A stretch of 64,000 nt of DNA, from positions 49,249 through 113,248 of IMG/VR virus record IMGVR_UViG_3300007513_001761, one strand, 5' to 3'. The translations under genes were made by a program, and so were the position numbers. Positions within the stretch are counted from its first letter, which is position 1; every line of letters begins with the position of its first letter. Below the pieces are notes generated by a model, which worked only from the letters and a program-made list of their open reading frames with translations, was not told where the DNA came from and did not search any database. Of this stretch, positions 19,106 to 29,112 are shown piece by piece. Source of the DNA: a virus.

Positions 19106-19927
19106 TTATCTCCTATATTGTAAATCTTCTAAAATGTAAAAATCAATTATTTCAACTGTTTCTTCGGGGTTTCCAGTCTCAAAGGCTCTTCCTTTGGGTT
19201 TTAACAAGTTAAATATCTCATAATCATTGCCGTTAATCCCACAGCGATCTCCTACAAACCAAAAATCCCACTCATGTTCATCAAAATGATTAAGAGCGTA
19301 TGTTTTATCCCAGTTGCACGGATAAATATCAAAAGAGGTATTACCCCCAAGCTTTACAATAACATCAATTCCGAATTTTTTTAATTCTTCCTTCAAAATT
19401 TCTAAATATTTTTTACGAATCCCATAGAGTTTATCCATTGCTTTAAAATGATCGCGAGTGGATTGCTTAGCGTTTCTCCCAATTGGACACCAATTAATCA
19501 TCGATTGGCGATTTTGAACAAAATTGCCTGTCAGGGTTATATCATATTTTTCGGTAACTATTTCTCCTTGTAAAATACACACAGTGCGCATTAATTGATT
19601 AAATTCTTTGTCTCCTAGAAATTCGCGCATTGAGGCTTTAAAAATAGTTTGCATCCCCAGTGTTTCTTCTCCGACGGGGACCAAATATTCAGTTCCATTG
19701 CAGGGTAAAATGTGACAATTATCTCTAATAATTTTATTGTTTAAAGCTGGCCACAACTGTTCTTGTATGTATTCTAGTCCGGAGCCTGTGAGAAATCCAA
19801 TTTCTGCATATCTACACAATTCAGCTAAAGCTGTAATCATGGACATGGTTATGGGCTTCCTGGCTTCTGTAAGAGTTCCGTCTACATCAAAGAGAACCAG
19901 TGTGCCATGACTATTCGTGGGGGTCAT
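19106..19927 (-). CDS. HAD-IIB phosphomannomutase (eukaryote-type PMM)
   Basis: LFDVDGTLT, N..PIGR, GG.TSFD..P..WDKTYAL, FVGD....GND. Confidence 0.88.
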   Translation of the reverse strand: MTPTNSHGTLVLFDVDGTLTEARKPITMSMITALAELCRYAEIGFLTGSGLEYIQEQLWPALNNKIIRDNCHILPCNGTEYLVPVGEETLGMQTIFKASMREFLGDKEFNQLMRTVCILQGEIVTEKYDITLTGNFVQNRQSMINWCPIGRNAKQSTRDHFKAMDKLYGIRKKYLEILKEELKKFGIDVIVKLGGNTSFDIYPCNWDKTYALNHFDEHEWDFWFVGDRCGINGNDYEIFNLLKPKGRAFETGNPEETVEIIDFYILEDLQYRR

Positions 19928-19932
19928 GTATC

Positions 19933-20184
19933 CTACTTGGGTTTTGGGTATTTGTTTCGCTCATCGCGATATTCATTAATGTCTATTATTATAGGGGCTT
20001 TATCTATTTTTTTGTATTGCAAAATGTTATCAATTGTTTTGTTAAGCTCGTTGATTCTTTTACGCTCATTATCCTCTTTGACAAATTTAAGAAATTTTAA
20101 AAAATAATAAAATAAGACAGAGAGGCTTACAAACAGGAGTATGCCAAGTGCACTACCCACCATAGACGACGTAACCAACTTCAA
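19933..20184 (-). CDS. Hypothetical membrane protein
   Basis: N-terminal hydrophobic segment. Confidence 0.45.
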   Translation of the reverse strand: MKLVTSSMVGSALGILLFVSLSVLFYYFLKFLKFVKEDNERKRINELNKTIDNILQYKKIDKAPIIIDINEYRDERNKYPKPK

Positions 20185-21115
20185 CCAATGAGCCCTCCAC
20201 TGGAATAAAATCTAAATAAACTATATTAGTATTTGGTAAATAGTACCATTCTTCCGTTATCACATGATCAACATAGACGCTGATACTGTCCTCAACAGGT
20301 GTTTGAGATAATTCAATGTAATCTCTCGGTCCTGTTAAAAAGGTGCTATCAGCCAACGCTAGCTCCCAATCACTGCAAATGTCCGTGGGCATCTTACCGT
20401 AATAAGCGCTTAATTCAACGTACTTTTCTCCAATAGAGGCGGACCACCCACTTTCGCAATCACTGGTTTCTGTTTTTACTATCGACACTGTGTCGTGCTG
20501 AACTGCTACATATTCATCTTGAAGCCAGTAATGAAAGGTGTCGGCCGTAAAAATAGATTGTTCGTCTTCATCAGAAATAAAAATAATTAATTTATCAGAG
20601 TCCTCGCGAAAAAAGCTTAAACCCTCTGTTGTCGTTGTCGTAAACTCGTAAGTAGACCAGAAGGCATGCTCTACGCTATCATTAGCCAATAGCCATGGCG
20701 CTAATAAAAAATCGATAGCAGAAGAATAAATGTCATATGGTCCTGAAAAATAGGGCTCTTTCAAAGAGGTATTGATAAAAGCAATTTGATAATCGAACGT
20801 TATTGATTCGATATCTCCTCGCAAGATCTCGACGCCGCGACTAACCTGCTCGTAATTATCTGACATTGAACCAGAAGTATCAAGCACAACCAGCACATCC
20901 AATTGTACAGTCTCGCTAGGCTGCACCAGCGAATCTACGACTACATCGGTAGGCATGACTTCTTCTACGGCTGTCGTAGCTACGATGAACTCATTTTGAC
21001 AGCCTAGCAGTACAATTCCGCATATTAGAAAGGCGGCTTTTAAGGACTTAGTGATCGTCGCAGTCACACGGAGTATATCCGCAGCAAGGACATCTTTCAT
21101 CCTCTTCATCCACAA
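20153..21115 (-). CDS. VWA-domain lipoprotein (start uncertain)
   Basis: Lipobox LLGC; MIDAS DTSGSM; ISDEDE; paralogous to C-terminal half of 37815-39431. Confidence 0.8.
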   Translation of the reverse strand: MWMKRMKDVLAADILRVTATITKSLKAAFLICGIVLLGCQNEFIVATTAVEEVMPTDVVVDSLVQPSETVQLDVLVVLDTSGSMSDNYEQVSRGVEILRGDIESITFDYQIAFINTSLKEPYFSGPYDIYSSAIDFLLAPWLLANDSVEHAFWSTYEFTTTTTEGLSFFREDSDKLIIFISDEDEQSIFTADTFHYWLQDEYVAVQHDTVSIVKTETSDCESGWSASIGEKYVELSAYYGKMPTDICSDWELALADSTFLTGPRDYIELSQTPVEDSISVYVDHVITEEWYYLPNTNIVYLDFIPVEGSLVEVGYVVYGG

Positions 21116-21202
21116 CCACCTCCACAGTATCTAGTCTTCTCGACAGCAATAAAAACAAATTGCCTATTTTTTTTGTCAAATCTACCAGAATGGTACGAAT
21201 GC

Positions 21203-21709
21203 TTAATGAATCTCTTCCGGACATGGCGATAAGCCCTCCCATATACTTGCTTTCTCAAGCAGTATATTATATAGCATTCCGGGGGTCAAATCGCGATATC
21301 CAAAAACAGTTGTTTTTTCCCATTTTATAACATTCGCAAGAGTCAACGCGTATGCTATCCATTCGCTGCAGTACCATCTATTTCTGTGTTTTATTCTGAA
21401 GGGCAAGAACTGTGAGGCCAACATCCCAATCCAATCATATCGTGCGCCTTTGGTGAGGGAGTAGAACTTTATAATCTCTTTATATTGAGCATGTGTTATC
21501 TCAAAAAATAAAAATTCCCATTTACTGGGATCTATATTTATATTAACTCTCGAAGAAACTTTTGAATTGTGAAAAGGGCTAATGCTAACCCAAGTATAAC
21601 CATCCGGCATTACCATCTCTACATGGCTATAAATGCTTTTTGTCCACCAGCGAATAAGCTTATTGTGCCAGCGTCCTTTTCCTTTATAAAATGCTACTTT
21701 TATGATCAT
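21203..21709 (-). CDS. Permuted papain-like (YiiX/NlpC-P60) enzyme
   Basis: YSHVE, G..YD, WYCSE, TPG motifs. Confidence 0.7.
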   Translation of the reverse strand: MIIKVAFYKGKGRWHNKLIRWWTKSIYSHVEMVMPDGYTWVSISPFHNSKVSSRVNINIDPSKWEFLFFEITHAQYKEIIKFYSLTKGARYDWIGMLASQFLPFRIKHRNRWYCSEWIAYALTLANVIKWEKTTVFGYRDLTPGMLYNILLEKASIWEGLSPCPEEIH

Positions 21710-21716
21710 TATCAGA

Positions 21717-21926
21717 TTACGAGTCGAGGAAGTGTAAATCTTTATCTAACACTTTTTTATAAATGCCAGGGTCCTCATCAATATATATGTCATAATCGTA
21801 CATTGAGCGTTCACTTTCTTCATAAACATATAAAATAACTGCTCTTCTTGGATGTCTTAATACTGCATTGTTTCTAAATGGGTCATAAATCACCCATTCG
21901 TCCATCTGAAATCTCTTTAGTGTCAT
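21717..21926 (-). CDS. Hypothetical small protein
   Basis: ORF track. Confidence 0.5.
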   Translation of the reverse strand: MTLKRFQMDEWVIYDPFRNNAVLRHPRRAVILYVYEESERSMYDYDIYIDEDPGIYKKVLDKDLHFLDS

Positions 21927-22021
21927 CTTCTTCGTCTCTTATGCACATCACACAAACAACTTGACCATCTCTTATTTCATATTCGCCCTCATAAATACAT
22001 GTGTCACAGAAATCGCAAACT

Positions 22022-22219
22022 TTAATGCTGTAGGTTAGGTTCATTCGAATCTTCTTCTCCTTCGTCTTGTTCAATATCGATAGTAGCAGTAGGTCTGATC
22101 AAATGCTTGTTACCCAACTTCTCTTTCTTTTCAATTAAATACCAGGCATCTTCTAATTGGGCCTTAAAATCATCTTCGGCTCTAACTTTTTTATGCTTGA
22201 TTTTGCTTAATTTTCTCAT
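22022..22219 (-). CDS. Hypothetical protein (likely start MRKLSK; longer ORF runs into tmRNA)
   Basis: GAGG RBS before ATG at 22219. Confidence 0.5.
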   Translation of the reverse strand: MRKLSKIKHKKVRAEDDFKAQLEDAWYLIEKKEKLGNKHLIRPTATIDIEQDEGEEDSNEPNLQH

Positions 22220-22236
22220 TATGTCCTCATGATAAA

Positions 22237-22601
22237 TGGTGGAGGCGGCGGGAGTCGAACCCGCGTCCAAAATAATATCCAACAAAAGTCATTCACAAGT
22301 TTGTCAGCTTTACTATCACAAAACTGAAAAGATAGACAGACTTCCTACCATGCTTACTGTCCTGTTGCATCCCACCTGCTAAAAGCAGGAAACCCATTCT
22401 GATTTTTTAGCTTCGCAGGCATCTACCTGCTATCTCAAATTGGGTAAAAAGGCTTTGAGAAGCCCCTCGATTAGGCCGCTACTGCGACTGCTTCGAAGTG
22501 TGTGTTGTTATTAGCAACTATTGTTTTTGAACTGTTAAGGTCGTATCTAACCTACTTGCACTCTTTATTTTCCTTTACCTTGTCGAATCCGTTTCGCCCC
22601 C
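22237..22601 (-). ncRNA. ssrA: tmRNA, tag (A)ANNNTHFEAVAVAA
   Basis: 5' GGGGGCG...GGATTCGAC; 3' GACGCGGGTTCGACTCCCGCCGCCTCCACCA; G3-U wobble; internal reading frame ending VAVAA-stop; 365 nt. Confidence 0.95.
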
Positions 22602-22801
22602 TTTTTAGTTTTAACTATAATTCCGACCGCTGTGTGATCTTCATTTTCTAACCAAATCAGAACTTCCTTTGAAGTTTCTTCTTTAACTGTATAAGTATGT
22701 TCTATTTTTTCAATAGCGCTCTTTCTAGCCAATGCTTCTGTTTTATGTTGGCTAATTAGTTCGCCCTGGATATAGTGATTTGCTTTATACACTTTCCACA
22801 T
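22565..22801 (-). CDS. Hypothetical protein whose 3' end overlaps the tmRNA 5' end
   Basis: 78-aa ORF; last 37 nt lie inside the tmRNA. Confidence 0.6.
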   Translation of the reverse strand: MWKVYKANHYIQGELISQHKTEALARKSAIEKIEHTYTVKEETSKEVLIWLENEDHTAVGIIVKTKKGAKRIRQGKGK

Positions 22802-22806
22802 TTAAC

Positions 22807-23046
22807 TCACAAGGCTTCAATAGCATTGATCATTTCTTGTGGCTCAAAAACCGTTACGGTATCAATTCGAAACCAATTCGATGAAATATTTTTGCTTGGA
22901 GAATTGTATACGTTTGTTGGCTTTCCGCCTCTCCATTCGATTTGTAACCACTTCCAAGAATTCTCTTCTTTTTCTGCGATCACATTTCCAAATTGAATTT
23001 GTGTGGCATCATGAATGTGGTACACTGGCTTTCCTACTAATGACAT
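22807..23046 (-). CDS. Hypothetical small beta-rich protein
   Basis: GGAGG RBS. Confidence 0.6.
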   Translation of the reverse strand: MSLVGKPVYHIHDATQIQFGNVIAEKEENSWKWLQIEWRGGKPTNVYNSPSKNISSNWFRIDTVTVFEPQEMINAIEAL

Positions 23047-23394
23047 TTAGTCCTCCTTGTCAAAATAACTGTTAATATCATACTTTTTAGCGATGGTTCT
23101 AAATTCTGCGTATGTGATTCCTAAGAATCTTGCGGCATCCATCTTCGACTGCGTCGTTGAAATAGCAAATTTCAACAATGCTTCCTTTACAATATAGCAT
23201 GCCTTGTCCCAGATGTCAAGGCCATAAAGTCTCTTATTTACATGAGCACAAGATAGTTCCAATTTCACAGCTATCAAGTCTTCTAATGTTAAACTATTGA
23301 TCAAAACTAGTAGATCTTTACTAGCAATACCTTCACTAGTTAGTTTATTAATAACACTCTTATTAATAGTAGTTGATCTATTATCTACTTTCAT
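23047..23394 (-). CDS. Fis-type HTH DNA-binding protein
   Basis: C-terminal SKMDAARFLGI......KKY. Confidence 0.6.
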   Translation of the reverse strand: MKVDNRSTTINKSVINKLTSEGIASKDLLVLINSLTLEDLIAVKLELSCAHVNKRLYGLDIWDKACYIVKEALLKFAISTTQSKMDAARFLGITYAEFRTIAKKYDINSYFDKED

Positions 23395-23420
23395 TAACTT
23401 TCATAAACTAACACAAACTC

Positions 23421-23449
23421 ATTATAACCAGAGGTCAAAAGCTTGTCAA
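23421..23449 (-). promoter_or_regulatory. Consensus sigma70 promoter
   Basis: TTGACA-N17-TATAAT; second TTGAC 11 nt downstream of the first. Confidence 0.8.
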
Positions 23450-23467
23450 GGACTTTTTTAAAAAAAA

Positions 23468-24292
23468 TTAAAGTCCAAACTCTACTTCATCTGGCGTTGG
23501 ACCTTCGGGCACTCCCAAATCAGCTTCTGGTTCTGGTGGTGCACCCGCATCGACAGCATCTTCTTCTGCTCTAGCTGTGTCGTAGGCTTGGTTTGAAGGC
23601 TCGCTAACGGTGTCTGAAAGCTCAGCTTCAAACTTATCAAAATACAGTTTTGTGTTTGCGATCAAATAATCATAAAAGAGTTCTTGGTCTTCAGTGTTTG
23701 AGAGCAGTTCATACGAATCAATAATGGCGCTTTCAATCTTCTTAAAAGTCGAATATGCCATGTTACGGCCAGTTTCATCTTCGCTTTCTAGACCAGTTCC
23801 AAAGTCTGCGCGTGGATCTTCTGGTTCCTCATCAGCAGACTTTTCTGCGTCTGTGCGGATGTCAATAAACTTCTCATCTTCCTCATCACCGATGTCAATT
23901 TCAACTTCCTCGTCCAAGGCATCGATTTCTGCCTCTTCCTCGCCGGCCTCGTTGTTGGTTTCCACGGGAGTTAACGTGTCTACGATGGCTTTGACAATAT
24001 GAGAACGGAAAGAAGTTCTTTGTTCAATATTTGTTGTTAAGAGCTTGTAATCGTCTTCCAAAACTGGTATAATTTTCTTAAGGAGATCTTCTAGGACATT
24101 AATTCCTGTCGATTTGTTCGGTGTGGGGTTTACGTCGGAGACCTGCTTCTCGTTAATCAGTTTTGTCTCATGAGCAATGAGAGAACGGATGATATTCCGT
24201 AATTCTTTTTCCTCATTCAGTCTTTTCTGCTTGACGTGTTTAATCAATTGTCTTATATTAGATCTTAAGACTTTCTCTTCTTTTGGATTCAT
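23468..24292 (-). CDS. Acidic hypothetical protein (possible head-internal/scaffold-like)
   Basis: Repeated LR..IR.LI...LxE segments; very acidic. Confidence 0.55.
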   Translation of the reverse strand: MNPKEEKVLRSNIRQLIKHVKQKRLNEEKELRNIIRSLIAHETKLINEKQVSDVNPTPNKSTGINVLEDLLKKIIPVLEDDYKLLTTNIEQRTSFRSHIVKAIVDTLTPVETNNEAGEEEAEIDALDEEVEIDIGDEEDEKFIDIRTDAEKSADEEPEDPRADFGTGLESEDETGRNMAYSTFKKIESAIIDSYELLSNTEDQELFYDYLIANTKLYFDKFEAELSDTVSEPSNQAYDTARAEEDAVDAGAPPEPEADLGVPEGPTPDEVEFGL

Positions 24293-26742
24293 GTTAAAAT
24301 GCCTCTTTCAATAAATAGTTCATATACTTCGTTAACTAAGCTCATATATAAATTTTCCTGCTGGTGGCGCTTTCTTTCACCCCGTGTAGATGGGGAGCGC
24401 GTAACTAAAGGGCGATCATCGTCCTCCTCGTCATCGGTAGGACCAAGCGCAGGACCACCAGCGCCAGCCACTGCACCGCCAGCCATACAACTCGTCTCTT
24501 CTAATTGTTCGCCGCCGGCGTCAATGCCAAGAACACCCAAAACAGCCGCCACATTATCGGCACTCCCTACAAAATCTTCTAGGAGTTTAGCCGCCACTGG
24601 CGTCAATACTTGTCGCCCCCCAACATCTTCGGTTTGGCCAAGTAAAAAGCGCATATCTGACGCATGGAATTGGCGAGGTTCTTTGCCTTTTTTAACGCTA
24701 GGCATATCTTCCTTTAAATCAGCGCTTTCTAAGACGTTCATATATTCGGGAGAATGTTCAACAGGATCTACAGCGCAATTTTCGACCGGCCGCACAACAA
24801 CGCCGTCCTTAGCATATTTAGATGCCATATTGAATCGCGATGGATCATCACCCTTGGAACAAACACCCAAGATGACCTCATCTCCCGGCTCCAGAGGACC
24901 CTCGTCTCCGATAAATTCATACATAGCTGTAATTGGAGACGCGTGGTCTGAAACCTCTACTTCAACATTGTCTCCCAAGTGTTGTGTCATGATTTCCCAG
25001 ATTTTACGTGAGTCTGCTGCGGTAATCTCTCGGCCGTTCGGCAAGCTACGGCTTGCATTGACCGGATTGGAGATTAATACCACTACTTTCCCGTCTGGAT
25101 GGGAGGAAATCTCTTGGGCATACTGTTCTACCATCCCAAGATGTCCGCTGTGAGGTGGCTTGAACGCACCAGGGACCAAAGCGATAACTTTAGTGCCAGC
25201 AGGCGCTTGAATTGGGTCGGCCGCGCTAGCGTCCACTTGTTCTAACTCGTTTACAAACTCTAATTCTACTGTTTCTTTAATCTCGTGATTAATGTAGGTG
25301 TAGACCGTGTTGTATATGGCTTCTTGAGCGTCTTCCTTGCGCACGATGTCTACTAATGGTACGCCGTTCATAATATCTGCATAAACGTGATTAGGGATAC
25401 GCTTGGGAGTATGATTGTTGGTGCGCATCTCGTTCAGCCACTCTTGAGCCGTTTTTGTAACATCTCGTGTTTTGGAAATCTTAATTGTGATTTGTTTCGA
25501 CATTCCTTCGTTCATTCCGGAGCGTCTTGCTCTTCCAATGATTTGATTGGCCATGGCAAACGCTCCTGTAAGTTTATAGACCTTTCCAGAGCCGGGGGGA
25601 TATTCAAAAACAACCCCTTCTAAGGTTGAGGCTACGTTTTCGACTTTTTTGAGCTTTGCTAACTGTTTATCAATCAACTCACCCATTTTAACATCGCCCT
25701 GGTCGGATAATGCTTGTAAATGTTCAATTGATTGTTGAAGCTCTTGTTGCATCCGCAAAATTTCTTTATCATGTTCTGAAACAAAGAAACTTTGAAGGCC
25801 ACGCAAGACTTCGATGGCAAAATCGCTAATTGCGACTTCTAAAGGTTGCAAAATCGAAGCTATTACCTTTTTAGAGTTGGTTTTAGTACCCAGCTTGGAA
25901 ACAACAGCTTTTAAGTCCGGAGAAAGCCCCTTTTTCAAAGAGGAGGCTTTAATTCCCTTTTTAGCTGCCTTTTCGGGATCAAAAAGGAGCATCATCATCG
26001 AATCAGTGATATCGTCGGGTAATCCTTCTTCTCTGGCAAATTGGCGAAGATATAGCTTTACGAGATCTTTCAATGTAGCATCTACACCGAGAGGACGAGC
26101 AAATTCACGGATCTGCTCCTCAACTTCCGCTAAAGCCGTACCATCGGCCAATCTTCGCAATTCTACGATCTTGGGACCATTAATTGTCCACAATTCTTCC
26201 CCAACTGTTGCTTCAGCAGCATCAACCAGAGAAACTAGCTCATCAAAAGCTTCATCAGCCAGATCTTCGAGTCTTTTTTGCTCTTCTTTATCTTCTTTGC
26301 TTCCCACATACTTTAATCCATGCAAAACAACTTGAGGCGCCGCATAATGAATAATATTCGGATTTTCAGGATACATAATTTCCATATTTATGTACCTTTC
26401 CCCACCAGAAAAAAGATTCTGGAGGGTCTGTGGGTCTAGTCTTTTTAAAGCAGTTGTGAGCGCTCTGAAGCCGTTTGTAAAGGCAGACTCGGCGGGGTGG
26501 CCCCGCCATTTCTCGATATACTCTTCGGGAGTCATACCGCCTCGTTTGATGTCTGAGGAGTTGCGAGCGGTACGGATCAATCCCATAGAATCAACGGACA
26601 AAAACAAATTCTGCCCATCAACCTTTTCTGTAGTATTCTTTATGTCTGCGCGTGCTACCTTGCCGAGTACATCGATGATATCCTGAAAGGTGAGGTCCAA
26701 ATCTTCGGACAAGTGCGCCATATGTCCACCAAGTCCGCCCAT
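24289..26742 (-). CDS. Fusion of ligase-like covalent nucleotidyltransferase and HIGH-superfamily nucleotidyltransferase
   Basis: TEKVDGQN (KxDG), LEGVV, YKLTG; later PGAFKPPHSGH and HASDMR. Confidence 0.65.
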   Translation of the reverse strand: MGGLGGHMAHLSEDLDLTFQDIIDVLGKVARADIKNTTEKVDGQNLFLSVDSMGLIRTARNSSDIKRGGMTPEEYIEKWRGHPAESAFTNGFRALTTALKRLDPQTLQNLFSGGERYINMEIMYPENPNIIHYAAPQVVLHGLKYVGSKEDKEEQKRLEDLADEAFDELVSLVDAAEATVGEELWTINGPKIVELRRLADGTALAEVEEQIREFARPLGVDATLKDLVKLYLRQFAREEGLPDDITDSMMMLLFDPEKAAKKGIKASSLKKGLSPDLKAVVSKLGTKTNSKKVIASILQPLEVAISDFAIEVLRGLQSFFVSEHDKEILRMQQELQQSIEHLQALSDQGDVKMGELIDKQLAKLKKVENVASTLEGVVFEYPPGSGKVYKLTGAFAMANQIIGRARRSGMNEGMSKQITIKISKTRDVTKTAQEWLNEMRTNNHTPKRIPNHVYADIMNGVPLVDIVRKEDAQEAIYNTVYTYINHEIKETVELEFVNELEQVDASAADPIQAPAGTKVIALVPGAFKPPHSGHLGMVEQYAQEISSHPDGKVVVLISNPVNASRSLPNGREITAADSRKIWEIMTQHLGDNVEVEVSDHASPITAMYEFIGDEGPLEPGDEVILGVCSKGDDPSRFNMASKYAKDGVVVRPVENCAVDPVEHSPEYMNVLESADLKEDMPSVKKGKEPRQFHASDMRFLLGQTEDVGGRQVLTPVAAKLLEDFVGSADNVAAVLGVLGIDAGGEQLEETSCMAGGAVAGAGGPALGPTDDEEDDDRPLVTRSPSTRGERKRHQQENLYMSLVNEVYELFIERGILT

Positions 26743-27003
26743 TTAGATTTCCTCGTTTTCATTTAATGCTTCTTCAAGAATATTCAGCTTCTCTTCCAAT
26801 AAACTTACCCTATTCTGTAAACGACGAGAGTACTTCTTAATTTCAGAGAGATGCTGTTTTGCAAGCGTAATTCTACGCTGTTCGGCCATTGATTTTGGCT
26901 TCAAATTGCTGATAATCTCCTGCAAGCCCTGAATATACGTAAAAACGTTTTGTTCAAGGTCTTCATTTAGGAGGTACTTTCGCCAGTTACCATCCAGGGA
27001 CAT
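26743..27003 (-). CDS. Coiled-coil protein with NWRKYLLNE N-terminal tag
   Basis: ORF track. Confidence 0.6.
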   Translation of the reverse strand: MSLDGNWRKYLLNEDLEQNVFTYIQGLQEIISNLKPKSMAEQRRITLAKQHLSEIKKYSRRLQNRVSLLEEKLNILEEALNENEEI

Positions 27004-27006
27004 GAT

Positions 27007-28125
27007 TTATTTGTCCTGGCTAGTTTTAGCTGCAATTGCCTTTTTGAGGGCTTCACGAACCATCGCACGAATTTGGGCTTCATTGGCGCGCCTTCCTCGA
27101 TCTTTCGGCATTCGTGTCGCGTTTTCTGGTCTATCTGCCAGACCGCCTTCTTCAAGTTCGTCGCCATCCCCACAATCGCCATTCTCGCCTTCTTCCAAGC
27201 TTTCGTGGTCTTCATCATAATCACGATCACCCTCTAGGGCTTCAAGGTGATGACGAATCGCCTTGATGTGATCTTCATCACTCATAGCGTTGTCAGAATA
27301 GTGTCTGCCTTCTTCCGCACCGGAATCTTCGCTGAGCTTGACTTCGTTTGTTTCCTCTGTCTCCTCTGTCTCACCTGTTTTATAGTGCTCATGTCCCCCC
27401 GGACCCGGAACTTCGCCAGCCTTGTGACCGACAGGGTGCTCAGCACTCTTGCCTCGGCGTTTAAATTCGTGCTTGCCGCGTTTCCATTTGCTACCTTCTT
27501 CTTCCTCAAGCTCGACTTCTTCTTTTGTGACGTTGCCTTCTTCTTCGCGCTCTGTTGGCTTGTCTTTTTCTTTTGCGCCGGGTTCAAGGGTGCCCCCTGG
27601 CCCAATTTCTTCATTCAGGTGGTCTAGATTAAAGCTAAACCCCCACTGTTCTGTTAGGAGAGTTTTAATCTCTTTATTTTTCCAATCTTTTGTAGACATC
27701 GTTTTGTTAACTCCTTTATTTAGATGTTCAAAGTAAATAGTGCTCTTGATACTGTCTTCCCAGTCTCGAAAGCACAAATTTCCCATTTCATATGCTTCAC
27801 TTTCCATATTTCTTAAATGATCGTTGTTTTGGGCGTAACCTTCGCCCATTTCGTTTTCGCCCACCTCATCGAACTGGCCATTGCAATTTTGTGTATGATG
27901 TACCAATTCGTGCGATAATGACCGCATAATATCCTTTGGATGTCGATCTTGGACGTAAATAGTTACTGATTTGGCTCCTGGATCGTAATAAGCGGTCTTT
28001 CCAAGCGGATTTTTCGCATTTTCGGCGTCATTACGCAAAAAAAGCCTTGGCGGGTCCTTAAAACCCATCTTTTCTTGCGCAAAAGGCATAAATTGCTTGA
28101 TTAGCGGTTTCAAAACGTCAATCAT
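27007..28125 (-). CDS. HExxH metallopeptidase-like protein with acidic low-complexity tail
   Basis: RSLSHELVHH, E.EAY..G. Confidence 0.65.
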   Translation of the reverse strand: MIDVLKPLIKQFMPFAQEKMGFKDPPRLFLRNDAENAKNPLGKTAYYDPGAKSVTIYVQDRHPKDIMRSLSHELVHHTQNCNGQFDEVGENEMGEGYAQNNDHLRNMESEAYEMGNLCFRDWEDSIKSTIYFEHLNKGVNKTMSTKDWKNKEIKTLLTEQWGFSFNLDHLNEEIGPGGTLEPGAKEKDKPTEREEEGNVTKEEVELEEEEGSKWKRGKHEFKRRGKSAEHPVGHKAGEVPGPGGHEHYKTGETEETEETNEVKLSEDSGAEEGRHYSDNAMSDEDHIKAIRHHLEALEGDRDYDEDHESLEEGENGDCGDGDELEEGGLADRPENATRMPKDRGRRANEAQIRAMVREALKKAIAAKTSQDK

Positions 28126-28477
28126 CGTCTAAAAATACCTCTTTTTGATCTTGAGAGTACCAAATATATTCTAAATAGTTTCCAAACGGGTCTTTTACAT
28201 AAATACCTACAGTTCCATCTCGATGGTGCACCGCATCGCCCTTATCCTGCGGTAAATCGCAAAAATTCTCAACTAAAATCCCAAAATGAGGGTGAGCGTA
28301 GTGTTTTTTGTCTACCAGGGCAATATTTGTGTTTTCTATTTGCAATCTAATGTACTTTTCGTCTCGAAAGGTTACTTTTCCGCTCAAGTGTGCGGTATAC
28401 CACTCCTCGGCCACCTCTAAATCATCTACTAAGACGGCTATGTGATCAACTTTGGACTTCATTTGACAACTCTTCAC
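28118..28477 (-). CDS. VOC/glyoxalase family protein
   Basis: DHIAVLVDD, HFGI, YVKDPFGNYLE. Confidence 0.85.
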   Translation of the reverse strand: MKSCQMKSKVDHIAVLVDDLEVAEEWYTAHLSGKVTFRDEKYIRLQIENTNIALVDKKHYAHPHFGILVENFCDLPQDKGDAVHHRDGTVGIYVKDPFGNYLEYIWYSQDQKEVFLDDD

Positions 28478-28727
28478 GTTTTGAGGGGGATACTAATCGT
28501 AAACTAAGGGTAAAGAACTCGATTTCCCGACCACCATGCCCCTGCAGGGGTATAACACGAGAAACTGACACCAATCGATTGGATTTAATTTCGTTTTTAA
28601 TGTCGATAATGATGCCATAATGTACTTTCCAGTCGTTTTCTTCTTCATTCCACTTGGACCACTCCACGATATCTCCGACTGACAACTCTCGGGCTAATAA
28701 TTCTCCAAATTTTAATGATTCATCCAT
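28446..28727 (-). CDS. Small SH3/KOW-like protein (SVGDIV...GIII)
   Basis: Same pattern as the early-region family. Confidence 0.5.
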   Translation of the reverse strand: MDESLKFGELLARELSVGDIVEWSKWNEEENDWKVHYGIIIDIKNEIKSNRLVSVSRVIPLQGHGGREIEFFTLSLRLVSPSKREELSNEVQS

Positions 28728-29112
28728 TGTAGGCGACCATCCAGGCGCACTTTCCCTTAGATAAAAGGCTTTTCATGCAGTCAATGGCAGCGCTTTGGTC
28801 CTCAAAAGGGCCGTCTGTCATTAAAGTTACACTTTCCTCAGTATAAAAGTATACCAAATAGATTTTGGCTTGAAAGGTTTTGGTTTTATCATGAAAAATA
28901 AAACGTCTTTTGCTTCTTCTACGAACATTTTTACCCATTACGTAGAATAATTAGATTTTTTATTTATAAATACCTAGAATTCTTTGCTTGAGTGGCCAAA
29001 AGTGCTGCTAACAGAGTAATGGCAGTAAATTCAAACCCCCACACTCCATAAGAAACCCAACATAACACCATTATTGCAAGAACTTTCCAAAACAGATTAA
29101 ATTCAAATAACA

